NCBI GenBank assembly: GCA_964551435.1
Contig: CAZKBS010000001.1
Coordinates: 285,422 to 349,421 of the forward strand
Reading direction: 5' to 3'
Source: an uncultured Micavibrio sp.
GTDB lineage: Bacteria; Pseudomonadota; Alphaproteobacteria; Micavibrionales; UBA2020
Length of the DNA stretch: 64,000 nt
The notes under the pieces: generated by a model
Told to the model about the DNA's origin: nothing
Seen by the model: only the letters and a program-made list of their open reading frames with translations
Databases searched by the model: none
Program-made: the position numbers and the translations under genes
Part shown: positions 52,740 through 62,753 of the stretch, piece after piece
Numbering within the stretch: position 1 is the stretch's first letter
Layout of the letters: the number at the start of each line of letters is the position of its first letter

Positions 52740-54413
52740 TCAGGCGCTGCGCAGATCGGCGAAAAACTTTTCGGCCCGCAGCTTCAGGCTTTCCGATTCC
52801 CGTGATAATTCACGCGCGGCGGCCAGTACTTGCCCCGCCGCGCTATCGGTGCGCAGTACGCCGGCGCTGACCTGCATAATATTTTCCGCCGCGCCGTCCG
52901 CGCCACCGGCCGCATGCGCAACGCTGCGGGCGATTTCGGCGGTGGCGATATTTTGCTCCTCCACGGCTGCGGAAATATTGCTGGCGGCGGCGTTAATCGC
53001 GCCGATGGTGCCCAATATGCCGCGAATGGCCTGTGCGGTTTCCTGCGCGCTATGCTGGATGCCGCTGATTTGCGCGGCGATGTCGCCCGCCTGGGTTGCG
53101 GTTTGACCGGCCAGCGATTTGACTTCGGCGGCGACAACGGCAAAACCACGTCCGGCGTCACCGGCACGTGCCGCTTCGATGGCGGCATTGAGAGCAAGTA
53201 AATTGGTTTGCTCCGCGATATCGGTAATCACCTTCACAATGTCGCCGATCTTCTGGGCGGATTCTTCTAAAACCCTGACGGTGCCGTCGGTTTCCTGCGC
53301 CTGTTTGACGGCGGATGCCGTGATGCCTGTCGCCGTCGTGACCTGACGTGATATCTCGGCAAGGGAGGTGTTAATTTCCTCCGTCGCGGCGGATGCGGCG
53401 GCGATGTTGCCAGATGCGCCGCGGGCCGCGCTTTCCGCCATCTGCGCCTGCCGTCCGGTTTCACGCGCGGCGCTGTTCATTTCAGCAGCCGTGCTTTCAA
53501 GTTCGGTTGCCGCCGCCGCCACGGTCTTCAACATGCCTGAAAAAGAAAGATCAAAACCAGCCAGCAGTTTTTCAAGCGTTTCGCTGCGGCGGGCTTTTTC
53601 TTGCGCCAGCCGCCGCGCCTCCAGACTGTTGCGGCGGAAAATATCCAGCGCTGCGGCCATGCGGCCGATTTCGTCGCGGCGGCTTTGTTCGGGAATGGCG
53701 ATGTCCAGCTGGCCGGAAGACATATCGCTCATGATGCGTGTCAATTCCTGTACGGGCCGCGAAATGCTGCGGGCAATCGCGATGCATCCGGCAATACCTA
53801 CCGCCAGCAGCACAATCTGCGCTGCGAAAACGGAATGGCGCATGGAAACAAGCGCTGCAGACGCCGCATCGCCTGCATTGTCTAGCGCGGCCAGTTGCTG
53901 TGATTCAAGGGACTCTGCCGCGCGGCGGTAATGATGTATCGCGGCTTCGTCTTCTCCGTGATAGAGGTCGAGAGCCGCCCGCCGCGCCGTGGGCGTATCC
54001 CCGCTTGTATGTAATATATTGTAATTTCGCGTAAGCGTGCGCCACTGCGCGGCGATTTCCGCATGTGCGCGCCGCATCGGGCCTTCGGGCGTGACGGCCA
54101 GCAGATTTTTTTCAAGCGCAGCGTATTCTTCGAAAATGTTTTCGGCTTGTTCGTTGGCGGAGATTTTGTCGGCGATTTGTTCTGCCAGCAAGTTATGGGC
54201 TTTGATGGCGTATAAACGCTCCGCCAGCGCGCTCATATCGGCCAGCGCGTGGATGGCGATATACTGGCGGCTTTTAAGGTCGTCGGAAATCAGCTCCAGC
54301 CGGTGGGCGTGATGGGCGACCATCCCCGTCATCACGGCGGCCAGAATCACAATCAGTCCGAAAACCGATACGACCCGTGCCGTCACCGGCATATCCTGCA
54401 AAAATCGGCCCAT
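52740..54413 (-). CDS. methyl-accepting chemotaxis protein
   Basis: Two TM segments flank a helical sensor domain, followed by a HAMP domain and the highly conserved signalling hairpin ([37 protein letters not shown]). Confidence 0.92.
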   Translation of the reverse strand: MGRFLQDMPVTARVVSVFGLIVILAAVMTGMVAHHAHRLELISDDLKSRQYIAIHALADMSALAERLYAIKAHNLLAEQIADKISANEQAENIFEEYAALEKNLLAVTPEGPMRRAHAEIAAQWRTLTRNYNILHTSGDTPTARRAALDLYHGEDEAAIHHYRRAAESLESQQLAALDNAGDAASAALVSMRHSVFAAQIVLLAVGIAGCIAIARSISRPVQELTRIMSDMSSGQLDIAIPEQSRRDEIGRMAAALDIFRRNSLEARRLAQEKARRSETLEKLLAGFDLSFSGMLKTVAAAATELESTAAEMNSAARETGRQAQMAESAARGASGNIAAASAATEEINTSLAEISRQVTTATGITASAVKQAQETDGTVRVLEESAQKIGDIVKVITDIAEQTNLLALNAAIEAARAGDAGRGFAVVAAEVKSLAGQTATQAGDIAAQISGIQHSAQETAQAIRGILGTIGAINAAASNISAAVEEQNIATAEIARSVAHAAGGADGAAENIMQVSAGVLRTDSAAGQVLAAARELSRESESLKLRAEKFFADLRSA

Positions 54414-54633
54414 GATCCCCCCATGTGCTGTCCATATGCAATCCTAAGCTGTATTCGGTTAATAATCGTTGAAATAAATACACTTCAGGTTGTAATCATG
54501 CGCGGGTATGCAGCCCATATTCAAACCAGCCGCCAAATCTGGCGTATCCGGAAAATAAAGATTTCTTCGCCCGCGCTGCGGGTTTATAACAAATCACTTT
54601 CGCTAAAAAAATAGCGACCAGAAAGACAAAAAC

Positions 54634-56550
54634 ATGACCAAGACCCCGCTTCTCGATACCGTTCATCTGCCTGCCGATTTGCGCAAGCTGGATAAAAAAC
54701 AGCTCCCCCAGCTGGCGGATGAACTGCGCGCCGAAACCATCGATGCCGTGTCGGTGACGGGCGGGCATCTGGGCGCGGGGCTGGGCGTGGTCGAGCTGAC
54801 CACAGCCATTCACTACATCTTCAACACGCCCGACGACCGCCTTATCTGGGATGTCGGGCATCAGGCCTATCCGCATAAGATTCTGACCGGTCGCCGCGAC
54901 CGTATCCGTACCCTGCGTCAGGGCGGCGGGCTTTCGGGCTTCACCAAGCGCAGCGAAAGCGAATATGACCCTTTTGGCGCCGCGCATAGCTCGACATCCA
55001 TTTCCGCAGGGCTTGGCATGGCTGTTGCCAGCAACCTCGATGGCCGCGACAACCGTGTGATCTGCGTGATTGGCGATGGCTCCATGAGCGCGGGCATGGC
55101 CTACGAAGCCATGAACAACGCCGGCAGCATGAAAAGCAAACTGGTGGTCATTCTCAACGACAACGACATGTCGATTGCGCCGCCCGTTGGCGCCATGAGC
55201 GCCTATCTCTCGCGGCTGATTTCATCCAAGCCTTATCTGGGTATGCGCGAGCTTGGTAAGAAAATCACCGGCAAATTGCCGGGCCCGCTGAAACGCGCCG
55301 CCGCCCGCGCCGAAGAATACGCGCGCGGCATGGTCACCGGCGGCACGCTGTTTGAAGAGCTGGGATTCTATTACGTCGGCCCCATCGACGGGCATAATTT
55401 CGACCATCTGCTGCCCGTGCTGGAAAACGTGCGGGATTCGATTTACGAAGGCCCCATTCTGGTGCATGTCGTGACGCAAAAAGGCCGCGGCTATGCACCC
55501 GCCGAAAACGCGGCGGATAAAATGCACGGCGTTGCCAAATTTGATGTGCTGACAGGTGCGCAGGCGAAATCGCAAACAAATGCGCCGTCTTACACGCGCG
55601 TTTTTGCCGATAGTCTTATCGACGCTGCGCGTAAGGACGATAAAATCGTCGCCATCACCGCCGCCATGCCGTCGGGCACAGGGCTTGATTTGTTCGCCAA
55701 GGAATTTCCGGCACGCACGTTTGACGTGGGCATTGCCGAACAGCATGCGGTCACTTTCGCCGCGGGTCTTGCGACCGAGGGCTACAAGCCGTTTTGCGCG
55801 ATTTACTCGACGTTCTTGCAGCGCGGCTACGACCAGCTGGTACATGACGTCGCCCTGCAAAACCTGCCGGTGCGCTTTGCGCTGGACCGCGCCGGTTTGG
55901 TCGGTGCCGACGGCGCGACGCATGCGGGTGCGTTTGACACCGCCTATCTGGCCTGCCTGCCCAATATGGTCTTGATGGCCGCGGGTGACGAAGCCGATTT
56001 GAAACACATGGTTGCCACCATGGCGGCGTATGACAGCGGGCCGATTGCCCTGCGTTATCCGCGCGGCGAAGGCATTGGCGTTGAACTGCCGTCCGAAGGC
56101 GACATTCTTCCTATCGGCCGCGGCCGTGTCCTGCGTGAGGGAACCACGATTGCGCTGCTCAGCTATGGCACGCGTCTTGGGGAATGTCTCAAGGCCGCCG
56201 ATCAGCTGGCGGCGATGGGGCTTTCCGCGACGGTTGCGGATGCGCGTTTCGCCAAGCCGCTCGACCGTGAACTGATTTTGCGCCTTGCCGCCACACACGA
56301 TGTTTTGCTGACGGTCGAAGAAGGCAGCGTCGGCGGGTTCGGCGCTATGGTGCTGCATTTGCTTTCCGCCGAAGGCATCCTCGACAAGGGGCTGAAAATC
56401 CGCACCCTTGTGCTGCCGGATACCTATATCGATCACGATACGCCGGCCAAGCAATACGACTTGGCAGGGCTGAATGCGCCGCAGATTGCCGCGCAGGCGC
56501 TGGCGGCGCTGGGCAAAGAGGCGGATATCAGCCTTGTCAAACCGGCCTGA
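54634..56550 (+). CDS. dxs: 1-deoxy-D-xylulose-5-phosphate synthase
   Basis: 638 aa with a Dxs N-terminus ([14 protein letters not shown]), the TPP motif [15 protein letters not shown] and a transketolase-like C-terminus. Confidence 0.98.
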   Translation: MTKTPLLDTVHLPADLRKLDKKQLPQLADELRAETIDAVSVTGGHLGAGLGVVELTTAIHYIFNTPDDRLIWDVGHQAYPHKILTGRRDRIRTLRQGGGLSGFTKRSESEYDPFGAAHSSTSISAGLGMAVASNLDGRDNRVICVIGDGSMSAGMAYEAMNNAGSMKSKLVVILNDNDMSIAPPVGAMSAYLSRLISSKPYLGMRELGKKITGKLPGPLKRAAARAEEYARGMVTGGTLFEELGFYYVGPIDGHNFDHLLPVLENVRDSIYEGPILVHVVTQKGRGYAPAENAADKMHGVAKFDVLTGAQAKSQTNAPSYTRVFADSLIDAARKDDKIVAITAAMPSGTGLDLFAKEFPARTFDVGIAEQHAVTFAAGLATEGYKPFCAIYSTFLQRGYDQLVHDVALQNLPVRFALDRAGLVGADGATHAGAFDTAYLACLPNMVLMAAGDEADLKHMVATMAAYDSGPIALRYPRGEGIGVELPSEGDILPIGRGRVLREGTTIALLSYGTRLGECLKAADQLAAMGLSATVADARFAKPLDRELILRLAATHDVLLTVEEGSVGGFGAMVLHLLSAEGILDKGLKIRTLVLPDTYIDHDTPAKQYDLAGLNAPQIAAQALAALGKEADISLVKPA

Positions 56551-56578
56551 CCAAAATACAGACGCGGAAAAGCCGTCT

Positions 56579-57766
56579 TTGGCGCGCGCGCTGGAATGTT
56601 TTTGCGTGTCGCTGCTGCTGGGCCTGACGTCTTTCGGCGGGCCGGTTGCGCATATTGGCTATTTCGAAAAAAACTATGTCCAGCGGCGCGCCTGGGTTTC
56701 CGCCGCGCAATTCGCGCAGCTGACGGCGCTGTGTCAGCTTTTGCCCGGCCCTGCCAGCAGCCAGATGAATTTTTTGATCGGCTGGATGCGTGGCGGTGCG
56801 GCCGGTGCCTGTTTGTCCTTTCTCGGCTTTACGCTGCCATCCGTTCTGCTGATGCTGGCCGTGGCTGTTTTTGCCCATCAGCTGACCGGATTTGCCGCTG
56901 TTGTCACCACGATGAAACTGGTGGCTGCCGTGATTGTGGCGCAGGCCGTATGGTCGATGGCGCGGCGGCTGTGCCCCGATGCGCGCAGGCGTATCGTTGC
57001 CGCGCTTTCTACCGCCGCTTGCGCGCTTGCGGGCGGTATTTATGTGCAGATAGCCGTCATGGCGCTCGGCGCGGCGGCGGGCAGCTGGCGGGCAAAAGCC
57101 GCGGCTGATGCAGCCTCGGCAGATACCACCTTGCCTTGCCTGATATCCGGCGCGTCTGCGTGGCGGGCATTGCGGGTTTTTGTGCTGTTGCTGGTTGCGC
57201 TGCCCGTCCTTGCCTTTTTCCTTGGTACGGGGCAGAGCGATGCGATATCCCCTGCGGCGATGGCGGATGTGTTTTACCGCAGCGGCGCACTGGTTTTTGG
57301 CGGCGGGCATGTGGTTTTGCCGCTGCTACACGACGCGCTGCCGTCCCTGCGGCAGGATATCATGATGTACTACGGCTTTGCGCAGGGTTTGCCGGGCCCG
57401 CTGTTTGCGATTGCGCCGGCGCTGGGCTATGCCCTGCTGCCGTCATCGCCGCTGATGGGCGCGGCGCTTGCCGTGACTTTCATTTTTCTACCCGGATTTC
57501 TGGTGGCGATGGCGGGGTATTATTTCTGGCAACGCCTTTTGGCCATGCCGCGATTGATGGCGGTGCTGTCGGGACTTTCGGCGGCGGTGGTGGGTATCCT
57601 GGCGGGGACGCTGATAGACCCTGTGCTGACGGGCACCATTCACCATGTGCAGGATGTCGTTTTTATTGCGGCTTGCTTCGCGCTGGTTCAGTGGAAAAAC
57701 ATTCCCGCGCCAGCGGTCATCCCAATCTGCGCGGTTTATGTCTGGGCCGGAGGTATGATTGCATGA
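56579..57766 (+). CDS. chrA: chromate transporter ChrA family
   Basis: LGLTSFGGPVAHIGYF...CQLLPGPASSQ, with a second repeat VFGGGHVVLPLL. The start is uncertain (TTG 56579, or ATG 56474 inside dxs). Confidence 0.85.
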   Translation: MARALECFCVSLLLGLTSFGGPVAHIGYFEKNYVQRRAWVSAAQFAQLTALCQLLPGPASSQMNFLIGWMRGGAAGACLSFLGFTLPSVLLMLAVAVFAHQLTGFAAVVTTMKLVAAVIVAQAVWSMARRLCPDARRRIVAALSTAACALAGGIYVQIAVMALGAAAGSWRAKAAADAASADTTLPCLISGASAWRALRVFVLLLVALPVLAFFLGTGQSDAISPAAMADVFYRSGALVFGGGHVVLPLLHDALPSLRQDIMMYYGFAQGLPGPLFAIAPALGYALLPSSPLMGAALAVTFIFLPGFLVAMAGYYFWQRLLAMPRLMAVLSGLSAAVVGILAGTLIDPVLTGTIHHVQDVVFIAACFALVQWKNIPAPAVIPICAVYVWAGGMIA

Positions 57767-58497
57767 CGCGCCAGCGGCTGGATCAGGCACTGGTTGAACG
57801 CGGCCTTGCCCCCAGCCGTGCGCGGGCGCAGGCCATGATACGTGCGGGTCATGTGATGGTTAGCGGCAAAGTGCAAACCAAACCGGCCGCAGAGGTCGCG
57901 GCGGCAGAAGATATCAGCATCAGCGGCGATGTGCACCCGTGGGTATCGCGCGGCGGTATCAAACTCGCCCATGCGCTCGATGTTTTCGCGCTGGATGTCG
58001 CGGGGGTGGTGTGTCTGGATCTTGGCGCCTCCACCGGCGGGTTTTGCGATGTGCTGCTGTCGCGTGGCGCGGCAAAAATTTATGCCGTGGATGTTGGACA
58101 GGGGCAGCTGCATGAAAAACTGCGGGGCGATACGCGCATTATCAATCTTGAATCCACCCACGCCAAAGACCTGACGCGCGCGCTGGTGCCCGATGCGCCC
58201 GATATACTGGTCGCGGATGTCAGTTTTATCAGCCTGACCAAGGTGCTGCCGTTTGTGCTGCCGCTGCTGTCGGCGTCCGCGCGGGCGGTGCTGCTGGTCA
58301 AGCCGCAGTTCGAATCATCCCCCGCCGATATCGGCAAAGGCGGCATTGTGCGGGACGAAGCTGTGCAGGCCGCCGCCGTGACCAGCGTGAGCGATTTCCT
58401 GCGCGCGGCGGGCTGGCGGGTCAGCCCTGCCATCGACAGCCCCGTCACCGGCGGCGACGGTAACCGCGAATATTTAATTTATGCATATAAATCATAG
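57763..58497 (+). CDS. tlyA: TlyA-family rRNA (cytidine-2'-O)-methyltransferase
   Basis: ATGA overlap with the chrA stop. S4 domain (RLDQALVERGLAPSRARAQAMIRAGHVMVSG), SAM motif LDLGASTGGF, and a C-terminal GNREYLI. Confidence 0.9.
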   Translation: MTRQRLDQALVERGLAPSRARAQAMIRAGHVMVSGKVQTKPAAEVAAAEDISISGDVHPWVSRGGIKLAHALDVFALDVAGVVCLDLGASTGGFCDVLLSRGAAKIYAVDVGQGQLHEKLRGDTRIINLESTHAKDLTRALVPDAPDILVADVSFISLTKVLPFVLPLLSASARAVLLVKPQFESSPADIGKGGIVRDEAVQAAAVTSVSDFLRAAGWRVSPAIDSPVTGGDGNREYLIYAYKS

Positions 58498-58570
58498 ACA
58501 TAGATAATTTTTTGACATAAAACACAAGGACGTTTACCGTTTTTCATGCTCCCCGTGTTAGGCTAAAGCC

Positions 58571-59623
58571 ATGGCAGATAACGATTCACCTTCGGATTCG
58601 GACAAAATGGCCGCTCTGCGCAAGGCCGTGCTGGCTGAGGTGCGCCTGACGCCGCTGGGCCGCGCCCTGCTCCGCGAACTGGGCCGTTTGCGGGTGAAGA
58701 TCGTTTTTACGCCCGATGTGCCGGGCGGCGAAGACGGCAACAAACTTTTCGGTCTGTTCGATCCGCGCATCAATACATTGTTTGTCGATGCAAACGCGCC
58801 GCGCGCGGCGCAGCTCCATTTCTTCGCGCATGAAGCGCGCCACGCCCTGCAAATGGAGCAGGGCCGCAAGCTCACGGATGCGGGCAAAAACACATCTGTC
58901 GATTATTTCTCCCCCGCTGCGCAGCTATATCTGATGCGTCTGCGCGAACTGGACGCCGATACCTTCGCCGTCTATTTCGTCGCGCAGCATGACATGCACA
59001 CGCGCAGCAATCATTTCGCGCATATGGCCAAACGTGGTATTCTGTTTGGCAGAGACCCCTATGACCGCGCCACTCTCTATGAGGCGTTCCAGAAAAAATG
59101 GGAAGAGCTCGGCAAGCCGCGCGACCTGACGGCCCCCACGCGCGCCGCGGCCGATGCGTTTTTACAAAACACCGCGCTTTTAAATACCTATAATAACTTC
59201 GCCCTGCATGTGTGGGAAAATACGCTGCTGCAGGGTCTGAAGGATAATGCGCAAAAACCCGAAAGCAGTTTTGCGCGCGGCTTTCGCGCGATTATACGCG
59301 GCGCGCAAAACGCACAGACGGCGAAGAAAACAAAAACCGCCGGTGTGCGCGATATTTTTGCGCAGCATGCGGCAGCCTACAAAAAGATTTTGCCGCGCAG
59401 CCGTGTGCCGGATTATACGGGCGGCCAAAGCGCAGCAGCCTTTACCCGTCATGTATGCGACAAGCCCAAAGACGCCAATCCGTGGCATACCACGAATTTC
59501 CGCTATGAACGCGCGATGGACAGCTTTAGCCGCGCTATCGCCCATTACGCCGCGTTGCCGGAGGCTGCGAACAGCAATGCGCCGCCCCCCGCCGCACACA
59601 AAAAACGGGGGCCGCGCGCATGA
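58571..59623 (+). CDS. hypothetical protein, zincin-like-domain paralog family, intact HExxH (HEARH)
   Basis: 350 aa with TPLGRALLRELGRLRVKIVFTPD...TLFVDAN...LHFFAHEARHALQ (HEARH = 58829-58843), ELDADTF and AAADAFLQ. The C-terminus is basic (HKKRGPRA). Confidence 0.65.
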   Translation: MADNDSPSDSDKMAALRKAVLAEVRLTPLGRALLRELGRLRVKIVFTPDVPGGEDGNKLFGLFDPRINTLFVDANAPRAAQLHFFAHEARHALQMEQGRKLTDAGKNTSVDYFSPAAQLYLMRLRELDADTFAVYFVAQHDMHTRSNHFAHMAKRGILFGRDPYDRATLYEAFQKKWEELGKPRDLTAPTRAAADAFLQNTALLNTYNNFALHVWENTLLQGLKDNAQKPESSFARGFRAIIRGAQNAQTAKKTKTAGVRDIFAQHAAAYKKILPRSRVPDYTGGQSAAAFTRHVCDKPKDANPWHTTNFRYERAMDSFSRAIAHYAALPEAANSNAPPPAAHKKRGPRA

Positions 59624-60744
59624 GCAGCCCTGTGAACACATCGGTTTCCCTGCGCGCGCGTTTGCGTGAAACAATTGTGCAATTTTGTCATGAACGCCTG
59701 CACGGCCGTGACAGCGACCGCCGTCAGCAGGCGATGGATATGCTCTATACGACGCCGGAGGGCAAAGCGCTTCTGGATACCGCCGCGCAATATAATGTGC
59801 CGATCCGCTTTATGCGGGCGGGCAAGCTGGGCGCGCTTGGCTCCCTTTCCAAAAACCCCGAAGACGCCACCGTCGGTGTGTCGGTTGCCAATACCGGCAA
59901 TTTGCCGCAGATGGTGCTGACGCTGTATCATGAACTTCGGCATCTCAAACAACAGGAAGAACAGGGCGATATTAAAAACGGCGTGTTTATGGGGCTCAAG
60001 AATACACGGCGCTCCCATATGCTTTCGCTGATGCAGGAGGCCGACGCGTTTACGAGCGAGGCCATGTTCGCCCTCGATAGAAACGCGGCCGGCGATAAAA
60101 CGTATTTAAACAGCGTGATGAACCCCAGACACGACCTCGCCCGCGTGACCGCGCAGTATATCAAAACAGCGCCTGTGGCCTATGAGCAGGACAGGGATGC
60201 TTTCCGCCGCGGGCTTTTCACGCATATCATGCTTGAAGGTCTGGCGGGGTATTCTGCTTCTTATTTCCTCGGATATGCTACCGCCTTCCGCAAGGCCGCG
60301 ACTAAGGACGAATTCACAGCGCTGGTGGGCGATTTGCGTGAACTGTGCAAACCTGATAATACCGGCGAACTGGCGTCAGCTTACGGGACGTCTTATGTCG
60401 AAAAAATGTCGATGACGGCGCTCGCCCGCGTTTTCTTCAAAACCTTGCCGATAGCCGAACAGCAGGCGCTGGAGCTGGTCGATAAAAGCGTGCGCAGTAT
60501 CGGCAAAATGACCGAAGAGCAATATCAGAAAACCCGCGAAGCCGCGACAGCCGCGCTGATTTCCGTTTATCAGACCGACCCGCGCGATCTTGCATATTCA
60601 AACGAAGCCGATACACTGCGCCGCGCGTTATCCGCCGCGGCTGCGGACAGCGCGCCGGATCTGCGCGCAGCCTTTGCCAAGGTCGCCGCGCGTAAAATGC
60701 AGCCGCCTGCGGGGTTTGCGCCGCGCGCGCCGCGTCCGCTCTAG
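59620..60744 (+). CDS. hypothetical protein, zincin-like-domain paralog family, intact HExxH (HELRH)
   Basis: ATGA overlap with the previous gene. 374 aa with TPEGKALLDTAAQYNVPIRF...VGVSVANTG...LTLYHELRHLKQQ (HELRH = 59929-59943), QEADAFTSEAMF and DRDAFRRGLF. Confidence 0.65.
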   Translation: MSSPVNTSVSLRARLRETIVQFCHERLHGRDSDRRQQAMDMLYTTPEGKALLDTAAQYNVPIRFMRAGKLGALGSLSKNPEDATVGVSVANTGNLPQMVLTLYHELRHLKQQEEQGDIKNGVFMGLKNTRRSHMLSLMQEADAFTSEAMFALDRNAAGDKTYLNSVMNPRHDLARVTAQYIKTAPVAYEQDRDAFRRGLFTHIMLEGLAGYSASYFLGYATAFRKAATKDEFTALVGDLRELCKPDNTGELASAYGTSYVEKMSMTALARVFFKTLPIAEQQALELVDKSVRSIGKMTEEQYQKTREAATAALISVYQTDPRDLAYSNEADTLRRALSAAAADSAPDLRAAFAKVAARKMQPPAGFAPRAPRPL

Positions 60745-60761
60745 GCGTTCTTTAAAGACTG

Positions 60762-62003
60762 TTATGCCGTTTCTTTGAAAAGTTCGCGGCCGATGAGCAT
60801 GCGGCGGATTTCAGACGTTCCCGCGCCGATTTCATACAGCTTGGCATCGCGGAGCAAACGGCCCGTCGGATAGTCGTTGATATATCCGTTACCGCCGAGG
60901 CATTGAATGGCCTCCAGCGCCATCCAGGTTGCTTTTTCAGCGGCGTACAAAATGGCGCCTGCAGCGTCCTTGCGCGTGATTTCCTTGCGGTCACAGGCCT
61001 TGCCGACGGCATACACATAGGCGCGCGCGGTATTCAGCGCGACGTACATATCGGCGATTTTGCCCTGCATCAGCTGGAATTCACCGATGCTCTGGCCGAA
61101 CTGTTTGCGCTCGTGCACATAGGGCAGCACAATATCCATGCAGGCCTGCATGATGCCGATAGGGCCTGCGGCCAGCACGGCGCGTTCGTAATCAAGGCCG
61201 CTCATCAGGACATTCACGCCCTTGCCTGTCATGCCGAGGATGTTTTCTTCGGGTACTTCGCAATCTTCGAAAACCAGCTCGCAGGTGTTCGAGCCGCGCA
61301 TGCCCAGTTTGTCCAGTTTTTGTGCGGTCGAAAATCCTTTGAATGTTTTTTCGATGATAAAGGCGGTCATGCCCTTGGCGCCGGCGGCGGGGTCGGTCTT
61401 GGCATAGACGACCAGCGTGTCGGCATCGGGGCCGTTGGTGATCCACATTTTGTTGCCGTTCAGGATATAGCGGTCGCCCTTTTTCTCCGCGCGCAGTTTC
61501 ATCGAAACAACGTCGGATCCCGCGCCCGGCTCGCTCATCGCCAGTGCGCCGATTTTGCGGCCCGCGCAAAGGTCGGGCAGGTATTTCTTTTTCTGCTCGA
61601 TGCTGCCGTTCAGGCGGATCTGATTCACGCAGAGGTTCGAAAACGCGCCATACGAAAGCCCGATAGAGGCCGAAGCGCGCGAGATTTCTTCCATCGCAAT
61701 AATATGTTCGCAATAGCCAAGGCCGGAGCCCCCGTATTCCTCCTCGACCGTGATACCTAGAAGGCCAAGCTTGCCGAATTCCGGCCACAGGCCATTTGGA
61801 AATTCGTTGCTGCGGTCGACCGCGGCGGCGATGGGGGCGATATTGTCCTGCGCGAAGGCGCGCACGGTTTCGCGGATCATGTCGGCATTCTCGCCCATAT
61901 CGAACTTCAGCGACGGATAATCGAGTGCCTTGGGCACATAGCTTTCGACATGAAGGGTATCGGCGGTATGGGCGTCAACAGAAGACATGCTTTGCGCTTT
62001 CAT
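60762..62003 (-). CDS. ivd: isovaleryl-CoA dehydrogenase
   Basis: Acyl-CoA dehydrogenase fold with IVD-like motifs ([53 protein letters not shown]; [12 protein letters not shown]). Start is ATG 62003 or 61988. Confidence 0.93.
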   Translation of the reverse strand: MKAQSMSSVDAHTADTLHVESYVPKALDYPSLKFDMGENADMIRETVRAFAQDNIAPIAAAVDRSNEFPNGLWPEFGKLGLLGITVEEEYGGSGLGYCEHIIAMEEISRASASIGLSYGAFSNLCVNQIRLNGSIEQKKKYLPDLCAGRKIGALAMSEPGAGSDVVSMKLRAEKKGDRYILNGNKMWITNGPDADTLVVYAKTDPAAGAKGMTAFIIEKTFKGFSTAQKLDKLGMRGSNTCELVFEDCEVPEENILGMTGKGVNVLMSGLDYERAVLAAGPIGIMQACMDIVLPYVHERKQFGQSIGEFQLMQGKIADMYVALNTARAYVYAVGKACDRKEITRKDAAGAILYAAEKATWMALEAIQCLGGNGYINDYPTGRLLRDAKLYEIGAGTSEIRRMLIGRELFKETA

Positions 62004-62114
62004 CGTTTGAAACTCCGGTTGTGGTCGGCCACAGCATAGCGAAAACGGCACGCTTTGGCGACCCTGCAAAGCCGGATGCGGCGCAGCATAAAAGCCTGTG
62101 TATTATGACATAAA

Positions 62115-62642
62115 TCAGTTCGGACGGCGGATATTGGCGCGTATAGGGCAGCAGGTGATGGTGATGCTGCGGGGCAGCCCTTGGGTGATGGTATCGATCT
62201 CCTGCCGCAGCTGCGCTTTTTGCGCATCATGCCGCGCGGCTTCAGCTGCGCCCTGTACAGGCACAATCTGCATCGCAAGGCTGTCATAGCCCAGTTGCAC
62301 GGCCAGCTCACGCACACTCTGCCCCTGATTGTTGGTCAGATCCGGATTGGCGCCGCGTTTCAGCAGCAGCGATACGCATTCGACCGCGCACCAGCCGACG
62401 GCCACGTGCAGCGCCGTCCAGCCGCTGTCGTCGCGCGCATTGACAATGTCGGGCAGCAGGGTGATATGGCTTTCCAGTGCCGTGCGCAGCGCCTCCGCAT
62501 CACCGCAGCTGCAGGCTTCGAGCACTTCGGTGCAGGCGCTGGCCAGCTCGCTCTTGCGCATGCCGCCGACACCCTTGACGGCGGCCTTGGGGGCGCGGCG
62601 GGGGCTGAATGATTCGCGGGCGTGCGGGGTTAATTGCGGCAT
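62115..62642 (-). CDS. ankyrin-repeat protein (175 aa)
   Basis: DDSGWTALHVAVGWCAVECVSLLLKRGANPDLTNNQGQSVRELAVQLGYDSLA forms ankyrin repeats. The C-terminus is basic (RANIRRPN). Confidence 0.7.
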   Translation of the reverse strand: MPQLTPHARESFSPRRAPKAAVKGVGGMRKSELASACTEVLEACSCGDAEALRTALESHITLLPDIVNARDDSGWTALHVAVGWCAVECVSLLLKRGANPDLTNNQGQSVRELAVQLGYDSLAMQIVPVQGAAEAARHDAQKAQLRQEIDTITQGLPRSITITCCPIRANIRRPN

Positions 62643-62753
62643 GGCGATAATACGGCTTCTTTCAAGAACCCCATAAGCCTAGCACCGGCCCGTATTATGT
62701 CCAGAAAATTTTGTGGCGGCGCGCAAAAACGTCCATTTCACCGGCGGATTCGT

